Assembly: GCF_004010195.1 (NCBI RefSeq)
Contig: NC_057717.1
Span: 104,053,302 to 104,073,301, forward strand
Direction: 5' to 3'
DNA length: 20,000 nucleotides
Origin: Chiloscyllium plagiosum
Lineage: Eukaryota
The position numbers and the translations under genes are program-made. The notes beneath the pieces are model-generated. The model had not been told where the DNA came from, ran no database searches, and saw only the letters and a list, made by a program, of their open reading frames with translations. Shown in pieces: positions 1 to 8,084 of this stretch; within the stretch, counting starts at the first letter, position 1; each line of letters starts with the position of its first letter.

Positions 1-254
1 GCAACTTGGAAGGGAGGCGAGTTCGTTTCGATTGCCAACCTGCCTCCCTCAGAAGTTTTCGCGTGTTCGGTTTGCAAAGGAAACCACAAACAGAGAGAGA
101 GAGAGAGAGAGAGAGTTCCTCTGTTATTTTCCAGCTTGCGTTTTCGGACTGTAGACCGCAGCGTGTGTGTGTGTCAGAGTGAGGGAGGTACAGTTGTCAA
201 TGTGGTCAGCACCCCACAACCCTGCAGTCTGGACGCTCTGCAATTGTCCCTCAG
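1..254 (+). other. Probable non-coding first exon / 5' UTR of the PTGER1-like gene
   Basis: Unique, relatively CpG-rich sequence ending in a good donor TCAG|GTAGGA (GT 255-256). Prostanoid receptor genes such as PTGER1 and PTGFR have a 5' non-coding exon, and the coding exon at 18662 has an acceptor upstream of its ATG. Inference; no transcript data. Confidence 0.45.
92..115. repeat. (AG)n microsatellite
   Basis: Perfect AG run, about 12 units. Confidence 0.95.
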
Positions 255-899
255 GTAGGAACTGCTCCCAGTTTCCCCTCCCCTACCCCCCCTCCTCACT
301 CTTTCCCCATCTCCTCTAGGATCGAGTTGCTAACTAACCCCCTCTCTCAACAGCACTGTGAGCATAGAGAGAGTCCACTGCCCACTCTCTGGGCACACCA
401 GTTAGGTGTTCTCAGGCTCCAACCCAGGACAGTTGAGGGGGTGGGGGGGATTCTTTCTAAAGGTCTGGCTTTGTGGGTTTGGGAAAGAGTTTAGGAACAG
501 GCATCTCTGCAGCCGCAGCTGCCAACAGGGCATTGGAACAGGAGGGTTAAAGGTAGGTGGTTTAGATACAGGAGCTGGAGTAAATAAAAGGGGACTCCTG
601 TGTCAGTGACAGAGGATTCCCAAGGTTTCTGACACAGGGAGATGAGGGAGAGTCTTCTGCTCTCTACAGTGGGTCGTTGTGATCCTGAAGGTGACCCCCA
701 AAGCGATCCTTTCAATCGGATTTGTACCTTCTAGGGTTTGACAGGCGATGGGAAAAGAGTGGTGTGGGGTTGGGGAGGGGGGAGATTGGGAACAGGCAGA
801 CTGGCGAAAATAGGAGCTGCCATTACTGTATGTGACTCCTTCCCGCTCACGTTCACTAAAACCAGGTCAGCTCTCTGTTCATAGTTCAGTGGGTGGTGC

Positions 900-1826
900 T
901 CACCCCCCACCCCACAACCCCCACAAACCCTCCTTCCCCTCTTCACAAGCCCACCCCCCCCACACACAAACCCTCCTGCCCCTCCCCACACAGACCACCC
1001 CCCACACAANNNNNNNNNNNNNNNNNNNNNNNNNNNNNNNNNNNNNNNNNNNNNNNNNNNNNNNNNNNNNNNNNNNNNNNNNNNNNNNNNNNNNNNNNNN
1101 NNNNNNNNNNNNNNNNNNNNNNNNNNNNNNNNNNNNNNNNNNNNNNNNNNNNNNNNNNNNNNNNNNNNNNNNNNNNNNNNNNNNNNNNNNNNNNNNNNNN
1201 NNNNNNNNNNNNNNNNNNNNNNNNNNNNNNNNNNNNNNNNNNNNNNNNNNNNNNNNNNNNNNNNNNNNNNNNNNNNNNNNNNNNNNNNNNNNNNNNNNNN
1301 NNNNNNNNNNNNNNNNNNNNNNNNNNNNNNNNNNNNNNNNNNNNNNNNNNNNNNNNNNNNNNNNNNNNNNNNNNNNNNNNNNNNNNNNNNNNNNNNNNNN
1401 NNNNNNNNNNNNNNNNNNNNNNNNNNNNNNNNNNNNNNNNNNNNNNNNNNNNNNNNNNNNNNNNNNNNNNNNNNNNNNNNNNNNNNNNNNNNNNNNNNNN
1501 NNNNNNNNNNNNNNNNNNNNNNNNNNNNNNNNNNNNNNNNNNNNNNNNNNNNNNNNNNNNNNNNNNNNNNNNNNNNNNNNNNNNNNNNNNNNNNNNNNNN
1601 NNNNNNNNNNNNNNNNNNNNNNNNNNNNNNNNNNNNNNNNNNNNNNNNNNNNNNNNNNNNNNNNNNNNNNNNNNNNNNNNNNNNNNNNNNNNNNNNNNNN
1701 NNNNNNNNNNNNNNNNNNNNNNNNNNNNNNNNNNNNNNNNNNNNNNNNNNNNNNNNNNNNNNNNNNNNNNNNNNNNNNNNNNNNCCACAAACCCTCCCAC
1801 ACCTCCCCACACAGCCCACCTCCCTC
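900..1826. repeat. C-rich ~42-bp minisatellite spanning an assembly gap
   Basis: Unit CACAAACCCTCC..CCTCCCCACACAG(A/C)CCACC occurs at ~922 and ~965, and again at ~1786 after the N run, so the array probably continues through the gap. Confidence 0.7.
1010..1784. other. Assembly gap (775 N)
   Basis: Run of N. Confidence 1.
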
Positions 1827-1904
1827 CAAAGACCTGCAGCTGCAGAATCCTCTTACTCCAGAGAACTGAACACCTCCTCCAGGCTCAGAGACTTCATTGT
1901 ATGG

Positions 1905-2005
1905 AAGGGTCTCTCGACCCGAAACAGTAACTGTGCTTTCTCTCTCCACGGGTGCTGCCAGACCTGCTGAGCTTTTCCAGCAATTGCTGTGTTTTTGTCT
2001 TTGTT
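1905..2005 (+). mobile_element. Penelope-like terminal repeat fragment (family B) with decayed hammerhead
   Basis: GGGTC-tctc-GACCC-GAAAC...GCTGCCAGACCTGCTGAGCTTTTCCAG is homologous to the reverse-strand copies at 5531-5650 and 5755-5905. The CUGANGA box is lost. Confidence 0.65.
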
Positions 2006-2149
2006 TGTTTGCGAGAGATTGAGAGCTCAGGCAGTGCTGAGCTGTCAGAGGCTGCTGTCCCGACCAAAGCCGGTGTCCAGCCTCTCAGGCAGAGGGAGAA
2101 AAATCCTTCAGGGTGAGCCTGAAGGAAAGCAGCGCCTCGTTTCCTGGTC

Positions 2150-2285
2150 ATGATGTGGAGGAGCCAGTGTTGGGCTGGGGTGGGCAGAGTTTAAAAATCA
2201 CACCGCACCAGCTTAGAGTCCAACAGGTTTATTTGGAAGCACTAGCTTTCGGAGCGCTGCTCCTTCATCAGGTGGTTGTTGTATG
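2150..2285 (-). mobile_element. Penelope-like terminal repeat fragment (family A) carrying a hammerhead motif
   Basis: Homologous to 5950-6040 (GGAG..GTGTTGG.CTGGGGTGG...AAAATCACA...AGTCCAACAGGTTTA.TTGGAAGC); contains a hammerhead core on the minus strand. Confidence 0.65.
2240..2274 (-). ncRNA. Minimal type-I hammerhead ribozyme motif (apparently intact)
   Basis: Minus strand reads CAC CUGAUGA A GGAGC agc GCUCC GAAA GCUA GUG. Stem I CAC/GUG, core CUGAUGA, stem II GGAGC/GCUCC, GAAA, palindromic AGCU as stem III, cleavage triplet CUA (cut between 2243 and 2242). Confidence 0.75.
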
Positions 2286-2489
2286 ATTTTTAACTAGTTT
2301 CCTGGTGTCCTTGCCAACAATTCTCACTTGAACCGGATTATCAAGTTGTTGAATGTGTGAAGTTGCAGTTTTACATGTCATGATGTAAGATTCTACAAGA
2401 ACAAAAGCTGACAGACTGAGACACACTGTTTGAAATAGTTTGTTGTTTGTGGAATCTTGCTGCATGACAATCACCTTCCCTATGTCACA

Positions 2490-2570
2490 ACAGGGCACGA
2501 CCCTTGAAAAGGTATTTAATTGTGGAATGTAGGAATTCGGTGCTACATGAATGCAAGTTCCTTCTGCTGA
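2490..2570 (+). mobile_element. Decayed L2/Deu-SINE-type 3' tail fragment
   Basis: GGTGCTACATGAATGCAAGTT resembles the GGTGCTATATAAATGAAGTT tail at ~3640. Confidence 0.4.
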
Positions 2571-3239
2571 TCCATGACTGTTTTGGATCTGACAAACCTG
2601 CCCCCCCGCCCCCCCCACGGTGAACTGTGCTTGCTGTCCGCAGAATTCGCTTTCATCCTGGTGAGCTGTGCTCAAATCTGCGCCCACCGTCAAAGCAGAA
2701 AATCCCAATGTCAACAGTCACGCTGCAGTTACAGCTGCATGTCTGTGGGGGAGGTGTTGGGGCTCCTTCACCGCCAGAGGCGTCAAACCCAGCAATTTGC
2801 TGGTGAGAGAGACCAGGGGAGTTTTCCACACCCCAAAAGGCGTGGGGTGAAAGTACAGAGTATGTGCTTGTCTGTACTAACTGATTTAGTGTTGGGTCTG
2901 TAATCTGTATCTTTTTGATGGAGGGGAGAGGGGGGGGGGGATGGAAGGGTGTAATCCTCCTCCCGTTGACAGGCCACTGGGTGAAAGTTTGATTCTATTG
3001 AATCTGAAGTGCACCCCGTGAGCATGATAAAACTCTGCTGTCCCTGTGTAAACACACTTACTCCCCTTTCCTCCTCTTCCCCCCCCCAGCCCCTCGCTGA
3101 TTTATTTGGCCCTTGGTCAGACAATCTCTCAATGTTCACACTTTCATCAAATTCATTTCTCAAAGCAAGCCCCAAAGTGCATGCAGTTGGAAGGATTTAC
3201 AAACTGAGTGAATGTTGAGAGAGGAAGTGATAAGCTCCC

Positions 3240-3675
3240 TAAACATTCCATTGCTTTTCCAGCAGTTTTTTTGTTAACACCTTCACTCTTGTGTTTGAAC
3301 TCCTGCATGGCCTTCTTGCTCCCCACCCCCCCCCACCCCCTGTCCCCTTTATAATCTCCTCTGGCCCCACAGCCCTCTGAAATATCTTCACTTTTCTACC
3401 TCTGGCCCCTTTTTTAGCATCCCCTTGCTTTAATCTCTCCATTATTACTGCCCGTGCATGAATTTCAAATGCTGGCATTCCCTCCCTACACTCCTCCACC
3501 TCCCCCTGCCTCACTTTCCTCCTTTTTAAGGACACTTCTCAAACCCTCTTCCAACAAGTTTTCAATCACTGTCTCCTTATGTGCTGCGCTCTGTTTCTGT
3601 GTTGCTGTGAAGTGCCTCTGGATTGTTCATGACATTTGAGGTGCTATATAAATGAAGTTCCAGTGCTGTTGTTAT
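3240..3675 (+). mobile_element. Degenerate L2-clade LINE 3' end (ORF2 C-terminus + 3' UTR)
   Basis: Remnants of the L2 ORF2 C-terminus (..LHGL.., W.SLP, FK..LK) and the tail GTGAAGTGCCT...GGTGCTATATAAATGAAGTT..GTTGTT. Confidence 0.65.
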
Positions 3676-3756
3676 CTTACTAACCGTTAAATGGTCCCAA
3701 GTATTGGAAGCAGCTACAGATTTGTTTATCTGCGTTGGATCCATTCTAAGGCTCAG

Positions 3757-3833
3757 CCTTTTAATGGATCAATACAATCAGTAGGAAAAAAAGGGAAGTA
3801 AGGTTTAGGAAAATATTCTGAGAGAGAGAGAGA
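3757..3833 (+). repeat. Diverged direct repeat, copy A (partner 4729-4810)
   Basis: CCTTTTAATGGATCAATACAATCAGTAGGAAAA...AGGAAAAT..(GA)n aligns with 4729-4810. Confidence 0.8.
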
Positions 3834-4260
3834 CAAAGGTCTTCACAGAGGGAAGGGTATGGACAGAAAGGAAATAAAGACAACTTTGTAAAGAGTGTCA
3901 GGGAAACAGAATAGAATGAATGAACAAATGAAAGAAACTGAGATGGCGGAAAGACCAAAGAAATGCAGAAGAATATCAAGTGAAGTTTACAAAAACTGGC
4001 CAAGTACACAGAGCAGAGTAAACAACCTGAAGCGATGAAGTGCAAAGGGAGTGAATGGCAAAAAAAAAGCTAAACAGACAGGGCAGGGAAATTGGCGCGC
4101 ACTCCGAGACACACACACATGCTGGTAGATGCAGACACACAAACAGAGAGACACATACTGATCGACGCAGAGAGAGAGAGACACATACAGACAGGGTATG
4201 GGAACCCATGCATACACCCACTGACATACTCGGAGACATGTGCAGAAACGCATACAGGCA

Positions 4261-4689
4261 CACAGAGAAGCAGACACACTCACAGCTATACGCACAGAGA
4301 AGCAGACACACTCAGCTATATGCACAGAGAAGCAGACACACTCAGCTATACGCACAGAGAAGCAGACACACTCACAGCTATACGCACAGAGAAGCAGACA
4401 CACTCACAGCTATATGCACAGAGAAGCAGACACACTCACAGCTATATGCAAGAGAAACAGACACACTCACAGCTATATGCACAGAGAAACAGACACACTC
4501 ACAGCTATACGCACAGAGAAGCAGACACACTCACAGCTATACGCACAGAGAAACAGACACACTCACAGCTATACGCACAGAGAAACAGGCACACTCACAG
4601 CTATACGCACAGAGAAGCAGACACACTCACAGCTATACGCACAGAGAAACAGACACACTCACAGCTATACGCACAGAGAAACCGACACA
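4261..4689. repeat. 32-bp minisatellite (about 13 units plus a partial)
   Basis: Unit GCACAGAGAA(G/A)CAGACACACTCACAGCTATA(C/T), with 30-31 bp variants; 13 GCTATA cores counted. Confidence 0.95.
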
Positions 4690-4728
4690 TGCACACTCCG
4701 AAATAGGCACGCACACACACGTCAGGAT

Positions 4729-4810
4729 CCTTTTAATGGATCCATACAATCAGCAGGAAAAGAGAGGGGAAAATGAGGCTCAGGAAAATCTTTTCTAGAG
4801 AGAGAGAGAG
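4729..4810 (+). repeat. Diverged direct repeat, copy B (partner 3757-3833)
   Basis: CCTTTTAATGGATCCATACAATCAGCAGGAAAA...CAGGAAAATC..(GA)n. Confidence 0.8.
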
Positions 4811-4877
4811 AAACCTCTGAGCTGCCTAATTCAGCCACTGTGCAACTTGAGTTTCCTTCATGATCCACAGTGAGCTG

Positions 4878-5018
4878 ACTGACCATCCCTAGTTGCCCCT
4901 CAGAAGGTGGTGGTGAGCTGAGTTTGTGAACTGCTGAAGTCCAGGGGGTATAGGGACACCCGCAAGTGCTTAGGGAGGGAATTCCAGGATTTTTGACCCA
5001 GCAACAATGAAGGAATGA
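4878..5018 (-). mobile_element. LINE 3'-terminal fragment (family sharing its tail with the SINEs at 14905 and 17121)
   Basis: The reverse strand encodes a decayed ..GSKSWNSLP..HHHLLRGN* type end. GGGCAACTAGGGATGG matches GGGCAATTAGGGATGG at ~17398. Confidence 0.6.
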
Positions 5019-5021
5019 TCA

Positions 5022-5510
5022 TATGAGCATACAAACTTCAGAATCAAGAACAGGATCGGGCCATTTAGTGCTTTGGCCCTGCTATACCGTTCAGTAGGAC
5101 CATGAAGTATTCTGGTGTAACCTCAAACCTGCCTCACGGCCTATCCCTGATAGCCTTTCACCGCCCGCTCCCCCCCCCCCAAGCTTAACAAGAATCCATC
5201 TATCTCTGCCTTAAACATATTGGGAGAATCCCACTTTCACCAATACTTTCAGGAACAGACTTCCCAACATTCATCACTTTCTGAGAGAAAGCCTTTTGCC
5301 TCATCTCTGTTTTAATTGGCCAACCTTCAATTATTAAACAGTGACCCCTAATTCCAGACTCTCCGATAGCAGGAAGCATCCTGTCCATATTCACCTGGTC
5401 AGGACCCCTCAGGATCTTATCTGTTTCAAACAAGACACCCTGCCTCCAATGGATACAGGCCTGGCCTGTCCACTCTTTCCTCATAAGGTACCCGTCAATT
5501 CCAGGTTTGA
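5022..5510 (-). mobile_element. CR1 LINE 3' fragment
   Basis: ORF 5200-5484(-) gives ETDKILRGPDQVNMDRMLP...RGHCLII...TEMRQKAFSQKVMN, a typical decayed CR1 ORF2 C-terminus, followed by 3' UTR. Confidence 0.85.
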
Positions 5511-5530
5511 GTCAAGAAACAGCTTTTATG

Positions 5531-5650
5531 AACAAAGTCAGAAATTTGTTGGAAAAGCTCAGCAAGTCTGGCAGCGTCCGTGGGAAGAAATCACAGTTAA
5601 CATTTCGGGTTGAGTGACCCTCCTTCAGAACTGATAGTAGCTGGGAAAAT
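5531..5650 (-). mobile_element. Penelope-like terminal repeat fragment (family B)
   Basis: Homologous to 1905-2005 and 5755-5905; carries a hammerhead-like motif. Confidence 0.65.
5594..5633 (-). ncRNA. Hammerhead ribozyme-like motif (slightly decayed)
   Basis: Minus strand CAGUU CUGAAGG A GGGUC acuc AACCC GAAA UGUU AACUG. 5-bp stem I; substitutions in the core (A9>G), stem II and the stem III palindrome (CpG>TpG). Confidence 0.55.
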
Positions 5651-5754
5651 GTTGCTTTATGTACAGAAATCCTGAAGGAGACAGAGGAGCAGAACTACTT
5701 GAAGGTGGACATGCCTAGAAGAAATGTCGTAGTGAGTTAAATACTAAATAAAAA

Positions 5755-5905
5755 CCAGTAGAGAACTGTGGATGCTGTAAATCAGGAACAAAAACAGAAA
5801 TAGTTGGAAAAGCTCCGCAGGTCTGTCAGCATCTGTGGAGAGAAATCAGAGTTAACGTTTCAGGTCCAGTGACCCTTCCTCAGAGTAATGATAGCTGGGG
5901 AAAGG
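5755..5905 (-). mobile_element. Penelope-like terminal repeat fragment (family B), tandem to the previous copy
   Basis: Same orientation as and homologous to 5531-5650, offset 255 nt. Confidence 0.65.
5849..5888 (-). ncRNA. Hammerhead ribozyme-like motif (core intact, stem I weakened)
   Basis: Minus strand uuacu CUGAGGA A GGGUC acug GACCU GAAA CGUU AACUC. Intact CUGANGA and GAAA, 5-bp stem II, palindrome AACGUU, GUU triplet. Confidence 0.6.
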
Positions 5906-5949
5906 TCTTTTATGAACGGCTTCCTATCTAATAATATCTCCCTCAATAA

Positions 5950-6040
5950 TTTGGAGATGCCGGTGTTGGACTGGGGTGGACAAAGTTTAAAAAAATCACA
6001 CAACACCAGGTTATAGTCCAACAGGTTTAATTGGAAGCTA
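5950..6040 (-). mobile_element. Penelope-like terminal repeat fragment (family A), truncated at the hammerhead
   Basis: Aligns to 2153-2240; homology stops at TTGGAAGC (6038). Confidence 0.65.
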
Positions 6041-6139
6041 ATAGGAATAACCTCCTTATTCCTGGATTCCATTCTTTTCCTGATGAATGAATGATAAAAT
6101 TCCATTAAATTATTATTGGCTGGAACTGCATTTGAAACT

Positions 6140-6702
6140 GTTTGAGGTCCCGCTGCATCTCAAAGCTTAGCAATCTCCCCTTACCGTATTTAAATAATAC
6201 ACTACGTTTTATTCTTTCTGCTGAAGTAGGTAGTTACATTTTTTTCCTGCTAAAATACATTTTTCCGTGCGTGCTCCATCCATTTGGTTTGATTTATTGT
6301 TGTCACGTGTACCTGAGTACAGTGAAACGTTCAGTTTTGTGAGCAGTACAGGCAGATCATAACAAACAAGGACACACAGACCATGGGTGCTCAGACAGAG
6401 CGAGGGTTGCAGGGTTATAGCTAAGCAGGAGGTGCACTATTCAAGATCAAGAAATTGTCAATATCTTTTTGTAATGTCCTTGTGTGCTCGTCACAATTTA
6501 CTTTCTGACCTATCTCTGTGTCATTAGTAAACTTGGCAGTCATTCATTCAGTGTGTATATCCAGAAAATGTTATATCAATTGCAGAGCTGTGTTTTTTAC
6601 TTGCTGCAATAGTTTTCAATGTGGTATCTTACCAAGTGCCTTTTGGAAATCTGGAAATTGAACATCTATTGGTTCCCCTTTAACCACAGCATGTTATCTT
6701 CA
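6140..6702 (-). mobile_element. Old CR1 RT-region fragments, interrupted by another LINE 3' end (~6285-6450); resumes at ~7010-7035 after a SINE
   Basis: Reverse-strand remnants of CR1 RT motifs (GEPIDV..DFQKA, KF.NDT); the sequence continues as AAAAACTCCAGGAGATTGG after the SINE. Confidence 0.55.
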
Positions 6703-7010
6703 TGGTGGCTCAGTGGTTAGCACTGCTCCCTCACAGCACCAAGGTCCCAGGTTCAATTCCAGCCTCGGGTGACTGTCTGTGTGGAGTTTGCACGTTCTCC
6801 CCGTGTCTGCGTGGGTTTCCTCCGGGTGCTCCGGTTTCCTCCTACAGTCCAAAGATGTGCAGGTTATGGTGGATTGGCCGTGCTAAATTGTCCGCAGTGT
6901 TAGGTACATCATTCAGAGGGAAATGGAACTGGGTGGGTTACTCTTCAAAGGGTTGGTGTGGGCTTGGTGGGCCGAAGAGTCTGTTCCCACACTGTAGGGA
7001 ATCTAATCTA
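6703..7010 (+). mobile_element. HE1-like tRNA-derived V-SINE
   Basis: A box TGGCTCAGTGG 6706-6716, B box GGTTCAATTCC 6750-6760, V-domain GTGTGGAGTTTGCACGTTCTCCCCGTGTCTGCGTGGGTTTCCTCCGGG, CR1-like 3' tail ending (AATCT)2. Confidence 0.9.
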
Positions 7011-7117
7011 AAAAACTCCAGGAGATTGGTGCAACTTAGAATGGTGATTGGCCTGCAGGGGAAAGGAGAGAGATTTTTTTTAAAAAGAAAGACATGGGGC
7101 AAATTTTCCAGGAGTGG

Positions 7118-7332
7118 TTTTCCCCTGTTCCTGCTACCCTCGTCCTTCAAGAAAGTAGAGATCGTGGGTTTGGAAAGTGCTGTGAAAGGAGCTTCCCATT
7201 TGTTGCTGTGCATCTTGTAGACAGTAGACACCGCAGCCACTGAGTGTTGGTGCTGGAGGGAGTGGATGCTTGGGGATGTGGTGCCAGTCAGGTGACTGCT
7301 TGGTCCTGGGTGGTGTCAAGCTTCTAGAGTAT
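7118..7332 (-). mobile_element. LINE ORF2 C-terminal fragment (same family as 4878-5018)
   Basis: Reverse strand gives ..KLDTTQD..HPL..AAVSTVYKMHSN.. Confidence 0.65.
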
Positions 7333-7384
7333 TTCGTCATGGTCATTGTGATCAGTCCAGTCACAGGTTACTGGTAACGTAGAT

Positions 7385-7685
7385 CACGTAAAGGCACCAT
7401 TGTCCCACTCAACAGAGAGATGACTGGTGATAGTTCAACCTGAGGATTGAGGTTGTGAAAGGGAGTCTTTTGTGGTTACCTCAGCTAGTGTGGGATTTGA
7501 ACCCGGAGTTAGTCATCGAGATGTACCGCATGGAAACTGACCCTTTGGTCCAACTTGTCCATGCTGACCCGGCATCCCAATCTGACCTTGTCCCATCTGC
7601 CAGCATCTGACCCATATCCCTCTAAACCCTTCCTATTATCAACATCTCTCTGCATCACAAACCAGTCTCCAGCTAATTGATTCCC
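7385..7685 (-). mobile_element. tRNA-derived SINE split by a CR1 3'-UTR insertion (7510-7638)
   Basis: Reverse-strand B box GGTTCAAATCC (~7493-7503); the head appears to resume at ~7640-7685. Confidence 0.55.
7510..7638 (-). mobile_element. CR1 3'-UTR stub
   Basis: Homologous to 7959-8084 and 18120-18225 (AGTCAT..GGAAAC.GACCCTT.GGTCCA..GTCCATGCTGACC..TATCCCTC.AAACC). Confidence 0.8.
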
Positions 7686-7714
7686 TAGTAAAGTGGGTAA
7701 TATAGCAAAAACTT

Positions 7715-7945
7715 GTACAAGCAGCAAGGCAATGAATGATCCGATAATCTGTTTTTAAATGTTGATTTCAGGATAAATATTGGCCAGGACATTGGTGAGA
7801 GAATTCCCCCCCTTCCCCCCTTCTTTTACAAATAACACCATCTGCCTCCGAGATAGTGCCTTGGTTTAATCTTCCATTTGAAAGACAGCCCCTTGTGACA
7901 GTGCAGCACTCCTTCAGCGTTGCTCCATCAGGAGTGTTAGCCTCT
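7715..7945 (-). mobile_element. Deu-domain SINE (SacSINE1/AmnSINE1-like), decayed
   Basis: GGATAAATATTGGCCAGGACA..GAGAATTCCCC..CTTGGTTTAAT..GAAAGAC..GACAGTGCAGCACTCC is the reverse complement of the DeuSINE central domain as recalled. Confidence 0.75.
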
Positions 7946-7958
7946 GGTGGCGCAGGGA

Positions 7959-8084
7959 AGTCATAGAGTCATACAGCACGGAAACAGACCCTTCGGTCCA
8001 TCCAGTCCATGCTGACCCTAATCCCAAACTAAACCAGTCCCACCTGCCAGCTCCTGGCCCGTATCCCTCCAAACCTTTCCTGTT
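7959..8084 (-). mobile_element. CR1 3' end, left piece of an element split by the 8085-11820 insertion
   Basis: Ends AAACCTTTCCTGTT. The uninterrupted paralog at ~18209 reads AAACCTTTCCTGTT|CATG, and CATGTATCC resumes at 11821. Confidence 0.85.

Noticed and set aside
1895..1935. Functional hammerhead in the + strand family B copy (sense to the gene)
   Set aside because: Stem II and GAAA are present, but the CUGANGA box and stem III palindrome are destroyed, so cleavage of the pre-mRNA is not expected.
731..1949. Long ORFs of 289-362 aa in five frames
   Set aside because: Artefacts of the N gap and low-complexity flanks.
3976..4798. Repetitive ORFs (e.g. 247 aa HSQLYAQRSRHT repeats) and a CRISPR-like look
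   Set aside because: Translation of a stop-poor 32-bp minisatellite; the repeats are contiguous with no unique spacers, and the context is eukaryotic.
6080..6100. CTGATGA hammerhead-like box on the + strand
   Set aside because: No stem II or downstream GAAA in register.
6703..6775. tRNA gene (also ~17125-17190 and ~17710-17784)
   Set aside because: The A/B boxes belong to SINE heads followed by SINE body and tail; no proper cloverleaf.
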